Part shown: positions 8,129 through 14,868 of the stretch, one piece after another
Layout: every line of letters begins with the position of its first letter
Position numbering within the stretch: the stretch's first letter is position 1
NCBI RefSeq assembly: GCF_018398935.1
Contig: NZ_CP074694.1
Coordinates: 930,001-962,000, forward strand
DNA length: 32,000 nucleotides
Direction of reading: 5' to 3'
Source: Telmatocola sphagniphila
GTDB taxonomy: Bacteria; Planctomycetota; Planctomycetia; Gemmatales; Gemmataceae
The notes under the pieces: model-generated
What the model was told of the DNA's origin: nothing
Seen by the model: the letters and a program-made list of their open reading frames with translations, nothing else
Database searches by the model: none
Program-made: the position numbers and the translations under genes

Positions 8129-8649
8129 TTCAGATAACCCCATTTCTCTTCTTCGGGATTACCGGCCATGGAACGAATAATGTCTCGACCGAGGCTGACG
8201 ATCCAGGTGGGCAGGATGTTCAGCAGGGCCATCAGCAAGCCGCTACCGGTGGCCGTGATGGCCGGGGCATATTTTCGAATGATTTCCTGAGGCGTAACGA
8301 CAGGACCATTGATGGAATTGAAGGTCTGCAGGATCGCCGCGACGGTTCCCAGCAATCCCAATAGGGGAAACCATTCCGCCGCCTGAGCGAGATGGTTCAA
8401 CCAGCGATCCGCGGATTCGTCGAAATTGTGTTCTTTCCAGCGCAAGGCCTTCCAGCTCAATGAGATCTGAACCAGAAATAGAATGGCTCCCAGGCTCAGG
8501 ATCAGCCAGTCCATCCCGGAATTTTTAATTCGCTTCAGGTAATCGTGTCGAGCGTCGGGAGGCAGCGCGCAGGCCACCAGGGCCGCGCCGAAGAGCGGGA
8601 GGAGGACGAGGATAGTCGGTAGAAGCTGACGAATGATAAAGGGTCGCAA
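8125..8649 (-). CDS. MotA/TolQ/ExbB-family proton-channel protein (short form)
   Basis: 174-aa ORF. 'FPLLGLLGTVAAILQTF' and 'APAITATGSGLLMALLNILP' match the two conserved C-terminal TM motifs of the MotA/TolQ/ExbB family (LLGLLGTV.G and A..TT..GL...IP). The annotated start is TTG (8649). The next in-frame Met (aa 46) would remove the first hydrophobic segment, so the start is uncertain. Confidence 0.75.
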   Translation of the reverse strand: MRPFIIRQLLPTILVLLPLFGAALVACALPPDARHDYLKRIKNSGMDWLILSLGAILFLVQISLSWKALRWKEHNFDESADRWLNHLAQAAEWFPLLGLLGTVAAILQTFNSINGPVVTPQEIIRKYAPAITATGSGLLMALLNILPTWIVSLGRDIIRSMAGNPEEEKWGYLK

Positions 8650-8703
8650 TCTTACCCCTCATTTTGGGATGCGACAGAGAATCCAGCAGTGGTTTTTATA
8701 TGA

Positions 8704-9111
8704 TCAGGACCGATTTTCCAGGAACCAATCGGGCAGGGGCTGAACCTGACCTTCGCGATTTATGCTTGCTAAAGTACTGCTTCCTTCGGCCAGCAGTTCA
8801 GAGTTTCGAAAAACCTCGTATTTGTGTTCGATGCGGACCAGGGTGGAACGAGTGACGGTCGTCCGGATGGTCAGCAGATCGTCGTAGCGGGCGGGCTTAC
8901 GATAGCGGACTTCAACTTTCGTCAAAGCCAGCAGAAAGCCCTTGTCCTCCATCTCTTTATAAGTCAGCCCCTGATCCCTGAGCAGTTCGGTTCGGGCCTG
9001 CTCAAAGAAAACCAGGTAATTCGCATGGTGCAGAAAGCCCATCTGGTCTGTTTCCGCGTATCGGACTCGAATTTGGACCGTTCCGCTGAGAGGTGCTTTC
9101 TCACCACTCAT
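8704..9111 (-). CDS. YbgC/4HBT-family acyl-CoA thioesterase
   Basis: The ORF track gives 8704..9192. The ATG at 9111 ('MSGEKAPLSGTVQIRVRYAETDQMGFLHHANYLVFFEQARTELLR') overlaps the lepB stop as ATGA and gives the normal family length of ~135 aa. The 'V.Y.ETD..G.. HA.Y..FFE.AR.E.L' pattern is the 4-hydroxybenzoyl-CoA thioesterase/YbgC signature. Confidence 0.85.
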   Translation of the reverse strand: MSGEKAPLSGTVQIRVRYAETDQMGFLHHANYLVFFEQARTELLRDQGLTYKEMEDKGFLLALTKVEVRYRKPARYDDLLTIRTTVTRSTLVRIEHKYEVFRNSELLAEGSSTLASINREGQVQPLPDWFLENRS

Positions 9112-10778
9112 TTTATCACTCCAAATCGACTCAGGGGGAAGTAGACCATGACCGCTTTCCCCAATAACAGTCTTTCCGGCACCAGTCCCCACATCCGGCC
9201 GTCGAGGCTGGAAGTGCTGTTATCGCCAAAACAGAGATAGTGACCGGGCTGAACGTAGAAGGTTTGTACGGTGCTGCAGGGATTGTAGCTCGGCGGGAAG
9301 AATTTCTCCTGGATCGCGCCGTAGCCTTGCCGGCCGCCATTGGTTCCGCAGGTGTAGAAGATGTCTCGCCAGATTCGAATCGAATCGCAGGTCACATCCC
9401 CCCGGCTGCCAATTCGAGCCGGTTGCATGCGATCGTTCGGATGGCTCTGATGCACATGAGGAATCGTGTAATCGGCTCCTTTATCGAAGCTCAGAACTTT
9501 GTTATCCACCCATACCGTCAGCCGGCAATCGACATTCGCCAGTCGAATTTCATGCCGACCTTCGCCATTGATACCCGACGAAGTCTTGGAGAGCACAGTC
9601 GATTTATCGTTGTCGTTGGCATCGACTCGAATCAAGGTGCAGTTACCACCGTCGAATACGGCTTGAAAGCGGTAGGGGCCTTTATTGAGCTCCAATATCA
9701 GCTGAGCATCTTTGGATTGAAAATCGGCTTTGCACTCGAGGATCAGGTCGGTGACAACTTCTAGACTAGGACTAGAGCGGGTTTGGTTGTAACCCAGGCT
9801 GTCGTTGATCTCCATCGGTTCGAGGGAAGGCTGATCCTGCCAGCTGGCCAGGTGGTGATAGCGGATCCAGCCCAGATCCGAGCCAGTATGTTTGAAGCCG
9901 GTTTCCCGGGCCTGCCACTCTTTATCGTAACCGGGCTGAGCATGCCAGCGGGTTTTTGCGATACCTTTTAAGCTCGCGGGCTGGTGGTCCATATCGAAGA
10001 CGATAATTCTTTGAGCGAGTATGTCTGTAGGGCTTTTTCGAATGATCTCAAATTTGCCTTGCTCGAAAGCGGAGATTGCATCCGGGTGCGAGGGGTACAT
10101 ATTAGGATAGAGCCAGAGGTTATTGGGATCTTCCGGCAGCTTTTCATCGGGATACTTCAAATCCTTGCAAAGATAGAGGTCGCCATCGAACACGGCGATC
10201 GTTTCCCCGGGCAAACCCACCAGTCGCTTGATGTAGTTGGTGGGCACCCGTTCGCGCACCGAGAAGGGTTCCACGGGCCATTTGAAAACCGGCACGTCGA
10301 ATCGTTTGGGAGGATTGATGTAATAGGCCGGTTTTAAAACCAGTACCCGGTCGCCGCTGCGCACGCCGGAGAAATCGACCGCATCCTCTTTGAGCACTTT
10401 ACCCGTAGAGTCGGTTTTCGCGATGAATTTGTAACCGCAGTTCGAACAGATGTAGCTGGTGATAATCGAACGCTGGCCGAAATCGTTCGAAGAAGAGTTT
10501 AACGGGCTCTTGTAGCCGCACTCCCGGCAGGTGACCATTTCATGATCACCATACAAGGTCTCCGCCATGGATCCGGTGGGGATTACGAACGCTTCCGCGA
10601 CAAACCTTTGCAGCATCAGGACCAGGACAAGCACGAACACAACGGTTTCGAACATTTCCCGGACGAGATTCTTGGGTTCGACTTCATGGTTTTTTTTCTT
10701 GGCAAAGAAGCTTCGCAGGATCGTGGAAAGCCAGTCGGACTTTGTGGTATCGGGCGGATTGGTAGGGGAACTCGGCAT
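9108..10778 (-). CDS. lepB: Signal peptidase I (S26 family), long form with Cys4 zinc-ribbon and large beta-rich insertion
   Basis: 556-aa ORF. It has an N-terminal TM 'VVFVLVLVLMLQRFV' and catalytic Ser box 'IPTGSMAETL'. It also has the Lys box 'YIKRLVGLPGETI' and the C-terminal box 'GDNSTSSLDGRMWGLVPERLLLGKAV'. 'CRECGYKSP...CSNCGYKF' lies between boxes B and D, and ~300 extra residues lie between the Lys box and the final box. Confidence 0.85.
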   Translation of the reverse strand: MPSSPTNPPDTTKSDWLSTILRSFFAKKKNHEVEPKNLVREMFETVVFVLVLVLMLQRFVAEAFVIPTGSMAETLYGDHEMVTCRECGYKSPLNSSSNDFGQRSIITSYICSNCGYKFIAKTDSTGKVLKEDAVDFSGVRSGDRVLVLKPAYYINPPKRFDVPVFKWPVEPFSVRERVPTNYIKRLVGLPGETIAVFDGDLYLCKDLKYPDEKLPEDPNNLWLYPNMYPSHPDAISAFEQGKFEIIRKSPTDILAQRIIVFDMDHQPASLKGIAKTRWHAQPGYDKEWQARETGFKHTGSDLGWIRYHHLASWQDQPSLEPMEINDSLGYNQTRSSPSLEVVTDLILECKADFQSKDAQLILELNKGPYRFQAVFDGGNCTLIRVDANDNDKSTVLSKTSSGINGEGRHEIRLANVDCRLTVWVDNKVLSFDKGADYTIPHVHQSHPNDRMQPARIGSRGDVTCDSIRIWRDIFYTCGTNGGRQGYGAIQEKFFPPSYNPCSTVQTFYVQPGHYLCFGDNSTSSLDGRMWGLVPERLLLGKAVMVYFPLSRFGVIK

Positions 10779-10901
10779 CTACATCACCTCGGCCGGCCGG
10801 AGAACGAATAAAAGGTTGTTCGCTGACCATATTATAAGATTTAACGAACTCCCCTCCGTTCTCCCAGCCCATTTTCGATCTGGACGCTTTCCAGACTCCT
10901 G

Positions 10902-10931
10902 TTGACCGCTTTTAGACAATTCGGGTAAACT
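10902..10931 (+). promoter_or_regulatory. Candidate sigma70-type promoter for the methyltransferase gene
   Basis: TTGACC (10902-10907), an 18-nt spacer, then TAAACT (10926-10931), about 40 nt upstream of the ATG at 10974. This is a sequence resemblance only. On the opposite strand a TATAAT (10831-10836) lies 53 nt upstream of lepB. Confidence 0.2.
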
Positions 10932-10973
10932 GCTAAATCAGGAGAATCTTCCAGGAAGGAAAGGTAGCGGCCG

Positions 10974-11930
10974 ATGGTTTCCGCACTTCAAGTTTTGGAG
11001 AAGGTCGAAGGCTCGGTATCGGTGAATTGGCAGGATGTTCCCTGCCCCGGCTGTCGCTCTCAAGATGCCAAACTGGTACTGGAAGCCCCCGATTTAGCCC
11101 CGCCGAAAGATGGCCTCTGGTTTGCCGTCGTGCAGTGCAAGCGCTGCGGGCTGCATTACACCAATCCCCGACCCGATGAGAAATCGATCGCCGATTTCTA
11201 TGCCGAAGATTACCGGCCCCATCGGAAGCCCCAGAATTCCCGCCGAAATTTTCGAAACTGGTATCCGCTGGGGGCGTTGCGCGGGCGGGCCTCCGAACGC
11301 CGCGGGCTCGCCTGGCAGGGAAACGGCCGTTTGCTCGATTTCGGCTGCGGCGGAGGGAGTTTTCTCGCTCGGATGGCCGATCAGGGCTGGAAAGTGGAAG
11401 GGGTCGATTTCTCGGAAAAAACCGTGGAAATGATTCGCGACAAACTCGGTTTGAAAGTCCACCACGGCACTCTGCCCCATCCCGAATTGCAGCCGGCTTC
11501 CTTCGACGTCATTACGATGTGGCATTCTCTGGAGCACGTTCACGATCCGATGGAAGTCCTGGCCGAGGCTTATCGGCTATTGGCGCCGGAGGGACGACTG
11601 CTGATCGCGGTACCCAATATCAAAAGCTGGCAGTTCAAGTGGTTCGGCAAAGCATGGTTTGCTTTGGATTTGCCGCGACATCTGACGCATTTCTGCCCGA
11701 AGACTCTGCGCCTGATGCTCGAATTGAACGGCTTCCAGGTGGAAAATCTTCGCGGCATTAAGCATGCCGACTGGCTGCGTTCCTCGGCAAAACTGGCGAC
11801 ACGCATCGGGCAAAAAAGCTACTTCCAGAAACTTTTCCGGTATAAATTGCCGTCCCGGTTGGCAGCCTGGATCTGCTATATGTTCGGCAAGAGCGATTGC
11901 ATGCTGGCCATCGCGATTCGACCGAAATAA
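10974..11930 (+). CDS. Class I SAM-dependent methyltransferase with N-terminal zinc-ribbon
   Basis: 318-aa ORF. A 'CPGCRS...CKRCGLHYTNP' Cys4 ribbon is followed by SAM motif I 'LLDFGCGGGSFL'. Then come 'FDVITMWHSLEHVHDP' and 'LLAPEGRLLIAVPN', typical of the Methyltransf_11/23 type. Confidence 0.85.
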   Translation: MVSALQVLEKVEGSVSVNWQDVPCPGCRSQDAKLVLEAPDLAPPKDGLWFAVVQCKRCGLHYTNPRPDEKSIADFYAEDYRPHRKPQNSRRNFRNWYPLGALRGRASERRGLAWQGNGRLLDFGCGGGSFLARMADQGWKVEGVDFSEKTVEMIRDKLGLKVHHGTLPHPELQPASFDVITMWHSLEHVHDPMEVLAEAYRLLAPEGRLLIAVPNIKSWQFKWFGKAWFALDLPRHLTHFCPKTLRLMLELNGFQVENLRGIKHADWLRSSAKLATRIGQKSYFQKLFRYKLPSRLAAWICYMFGKSDCMLAIAIRPK

Positions 11931-11964
11931 GCTCTCTCTTTCTCCCAATATCCCGGGAACCGTC

Positions 11965-13356
11965 ATGCGCTTAGCGATATTCGTTGGGCTTCTTTTTGTT
12001 GGTTCGATTCCAGCGGCCGAGCCCACTTTGAAGGTCGGCTTCCAAGAGGTGGACGTCTCCCCGTTTGTTGCTCCCAATAAACCGGTCTACATGGCCGGCT
12101 TCGGCCACGACCGCAAAGCCACCGAAGTCCACGATCCGATCATGGCCCGCATCGTCGTGCTTCACGATGGAAAATCGAAGGTGGCTCTGGTCTGTGTGGA
12201 TGTCGTCGGCCTCTTCTTGCCTTTCGTGGACTCGATCCGAGAAAAACTGCCCGAGTATGCCTATGTGATGGTTTCCAGCAGCCACAACCACGAAGGACCC
12301 GATACGCTCGGTCTCTGGGGAGCAAGTCCGTTTCAGAGCGGAGTGGATGAGGCTTACATGGATTTGCTGCGAAAGAAAATCGTGGAAGGAATTCAGAAGG
12401 CTGAGGCCAAGCTGGAGAAATCAACCGTTAAGATCGGCCGAGTGAATTTACCAGACTTGTTGCGGGATGGACGATTGCCAATTGTGAAACACGACGAACT
12501 GGCAGTCTTGGAGTTCCGTTCTTCCGATACGAAAAAACGCCTCGGTCTTCTGGTCAACTGGCATTGCCATCCTGAGACGCTGGACAGTAAAAACACCAAA
12601 ATTTCCAGCGATTTCGTCGGGTATGCGGTTGAGAAACTCAAGAAGAGATGGAACTGCCCGGTCGCCTACTTCACCGGAACCGTTGGCGGCTTAATGACCT
12701 CGCTTAAGGTTCCGCTAAGAGATGACCAGGGCACGGAGCTTCAGGATGGTACCTTCGAAAAGACGGAAAAATATGGGACCACTCTGGCTCAAGAAACAGA
12801 TAAAGCTCTTTCCCGGGCAGAAGCGCTCGAGCTTACCCCGTTTCAACTCCAACGCAGGAAAATTCTCCTCCCCGTTGACAATCCGATCTACAAAGCCGGC
12901 TGGCAATTGGGTGTACTGAAACGGCCCATTTACCTGTGGCACGAAAATGCCAATGAGAAGGAGCCGAAACTGGCAAGCGATGCAAAAAATCCGCTCGCTA
13001 TACAGACGGAACTCGGCTGGCTGAAATTGGGAGAACTGGAGATCGCGACGGTACCCGGTGAGATTTATCCCGAACTCGTTCTGGGCAAGATCCAGGATCC
13101 AGTCGATCCCGGGGCCGATTTTCCGGATGCTCCCAAGGAAGTGAGCATTGTGGAACTCAGCAAGTCCAAGTACCGCTTACTGATGGGTTTAGCGAACGAT
13201 GAGATCGGTTACATCATCCCGAAGCGGCAATGGGATGAGAAGCCGCCGTTCTGCTACGGGCTCAAGAAATCTCAGTACGGCGAGATCAATTCCCTCGGGC
13301 CCGATACGGCGCCGCTGTTGATGAAAGGCTACTCGGAACTGATTTCGGGCAAATGA
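11965..13356 (+). CDS. Secreted hydrolase, neutral/alkaline ceramidase-like family
   Basis: The ORF track starts at 11764, inside the previous gene. The ATG at 11965 gives a clean signal peptide, 'MRLAIFVGLLFVGSIPAAEP'. 'YMAGFGHDRKATEVHDPIMARIVVLHDGKSKVALVCVDVVG' and 'VMVSSSHNHEGPDTLG' resemble the N-terminal domain of neutral ceramidase-type hydrolases (THTHSGPGG-like metal site). The family call is by eye only. Confidence 0.5.
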   Translation: MRLAIFVGLLFVGSIPAAEPTLKVGFQEVDVSPFVAPNKPVYMAGFGHDRKATEVHDPIMARIVVLHDGKSKVALVCVDVVGLFLPFVDSIREKLPEYAYVMVSSSHNHEGPDTLGLWGASPFQSGVDEAYMDLLRKKIVEGIQKAEAKLEKSTVKIGRVNLPDLLRDGRLPIVKHDELAVLEFRSSDTKKRLGLLVNWHCHPETLDSKNTKISSDFVGYAVEKLKKRWNCPVAYFTGTVGGLMTSLKVPLRDDQGTELQDGTFEKTEKYGTTLAQETDKALSRAEALELTPFQLQRRKILLPVDNPIYKAGWQLGVLKRPIYLWHENANEKEPKLASDAKNPLAIQTELGWLKLGELEIATVPGEIYPELVLGKIQDPVDPGADFPDAPKEVSIVELSKSKYRLLMGLANDEIGYIIPKRQWDEKPPFCYGLKKSQYGEINSLGPDTAPLLMKGYSELISGK

Positions 13357-14531
13357 GTGCTGGAGGCGTGCTTGTTCAGGATTCTTTTCAGAATCATGGT
13401 GGCATAGCTGCCCGGTGGTAGGTCGAAGCCGATTTGCAAGCGAATCCGCTCAGGATGATTTTCGTCCTTCGCAAACGAAATTTTTAAGCCCTGCGGCTCC
13501 ATGCTCGCCTTCCGAACTCCCTTTGAGAAAAACAGTTTACGCACGCCCGTTTTCATCTGCTCAAGCGGAAATCCTTCTTCCGCCATGACTTTCTTCAGAG
13601 GTTCCACCCAGCTCTCGGTGGCCAGAGGCTTCAGCCGGGCGGAGGGGTAGGGAAGCTCGAAAGTTTTCCATTCTGCCTGATAATTTTCGGGTAGTCTTCG
13701 CGGGGCCGCTAAATCCTTCAGCCGGGTGGAGATCGAAGATCTCGCTTCCTCCGGTAAGTTCGCTTCTAACCAGTAGCTGAGCGTGCGATTCCAAATGTAG
13801 CTCTGGTAGGCCGAGAAATAGAGCCCCTGCAATTCGGGACGCAACAGTTCCATGGCCCCGAGGAAATCCGAACGGCGTTGGGTCAAATACCGAAACACCC
13901 GGATGTCGCGGCTCTTGGATAGCAGGCCCTGAATTTTCTGCCAGTCGCCCCAATGCTCTTTCAAAATCTGCTTTTCGCGTTTAGCACCCGCTCGATCGTG
14001 TTCGTATTCGCCGATCAAAGCCAGTTTTAAAGCAGCTTCCGAATTTCCAGATATTATCTCTTTGGCGATGAAACGCTTGTCGGGTCCCACCGAGCCAAAT
14101 CTCTGATCGTCGAAATAATTCGGACAGCCCACCTGCTGAACTTCGCGAACGCTCTGTTCGATATCGGCTTTAGCGGCACGAGGCAAATCCCGGATAATCA
14201 CCTCGAAGTGATTACTTTGTATATCGCTGGATCTATAGGGAACGGTTCGTGTGCCGAGGTACTTTATCTCGAGCGGTCCGAGAGTGTAATCCTTCTTCGG
14301 ACCATTCCAAATCGTGAAATATTGGATCGTGACGGCGTGTCGGTCTTTGAGTCCACCGAAGGAAAGTTGGTCGTTATGGTAGCCCCAGGCCGCTTGTAAC
14401 TGGCGAAATGCGTCTAGCGTTGTTTGGCCCGTTTTTGAGAGACAGTAAAAACTGAATTGGCCGGGGGCGGTGTCTAGAGTATTCGGATTTTCAGTGACTT
14501 GGAAATCTGAGTAGAGAGATTTGATCTTCAT
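13329..14531 (-). CDS. truD: tRNA pseudouridine(13) synthase TruD
   Basis: 400-aa ORF. It has the N-terminal 'DFQVTE' and the catalytic-Asp motif 'GGLKDRHAVTIQ' (GxKDxxAxTxQ). The C-terminal 'FDLPPGSYATMILKRI' is typical of TruD. Confidence 0.9.
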   Translation of the reverse strand: MKIKSLYSDFQVTENPNTLDTAPGQFSFYCLSKTGQTTLDAFRQLQAAWGYHNDQLSFGGLKDRHAVTIQYFTIWNGPKKDYTLGPLEIKYLGTRTVPYRSSDIQSNHFEVIIRDLPRAAKADIEQSVREVQQVGCPNYFDDQRFGSVGPDKRFIAKEIISGNSEAALKLALIGEYEHDRAGAKREKQILKEHWGDWQKIQGLLSKSRDIRVFRYLTQRRSDFLGAMELLRPELQGLYFSAYQSYIWNRTLSYWLEANLPEEARSSISTRLKDLAAPRRLPENYQAEWKTFELPYPSARLKPLATESWVEPLKKVMAEEGFPLEQMKTGVRKLFFSKGVRKASMEPQGLKISFAKDENHPERIRLQIGFDLPPGSYATMILKRILNKHASSTHLPEISSE

Positions 14532-14608
14532 GAAAATAAAAAAAGAAACCGCGAGCGTGAATAGAAACTGTCGCCCACTCAGCCTCTATCCTAGCATCTC
14601 GCGGTTTC
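14532..14608 (-). terminator. Terminator-like long stem-loop plus U-tract abutting the truD start codon (terminator or leader/attenuator)
   Basis: 11-bp perfect outer stem (14545-14555 gaaaccgcgag / 14598-14608 ctcgcggtttc) enclosing 42 nt that can form further inner pairs. On the minus-strand RNA the stem is followed directly by UUUUUUUAUUUUC and then the truD AUG (14531). Confidence 0.5.
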
Positions 14609-14868
14609 ATCATTGTGAGCAGTTAACTCACTACACATATCTTAGTTGGATCGTCATTGGCGGACAAGATAAATATGTCTTTTTTCCCCACTTTTTTCCA
14701 ATAAGTCTGGGTTTATTTTTGCGTGATCGGACGCGAATTGTTGCTGGCATAGTAGACTGGCGGACTAAACCCAAAATTGATCAAAAAGTGCGTTTTTGCT
14801 GGCTAATTTTGATACATGGTTTTCGGAGTTCGTCCAAATAGTTAGACGAACTCTGAATTAAATTCCGC

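Noticed and set aside
11764-11964. Long 5' extensions of ORFs in the track: 11764-11964, 16629-16715, 17931-18068, 9112-9192, 2534-2545, 8129-8143.
   Set aside because: The extensions overlap upstream genes or add non-homologous residues before canonical N-termini (signal peptide, GxGxxG Rossmann start, YbgC start). Internal ATGs, several forming ATGA overlaps, give family-typical lengths.
11950-12025. tRNA-like 3' end: GGTTCGATTCC T-loop-like motif followed by a 7-nt stretch, a discriminator and CCA (12001-12025).
   Set aside because: The required complementary 5' acceptor strand (ctcggcc) is absent about 70 nt upstream, and the T-stem has a mismatch. The segment is in frame within the signal-peptide coding region of the ceramidase-like gene (VGSIPAAEP). 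This is a coincidence.
14521-14841. 106-aa plus-strand ORF filling the AT-rich spacer.
   Set aside because: It overlaps the truD start and has an odd composition (Phe/Ile/Lys/Ser-rich from AT-rich DNA). It has no motifs and spans several hairpins. This is more likely non-coding regulatory sequence.
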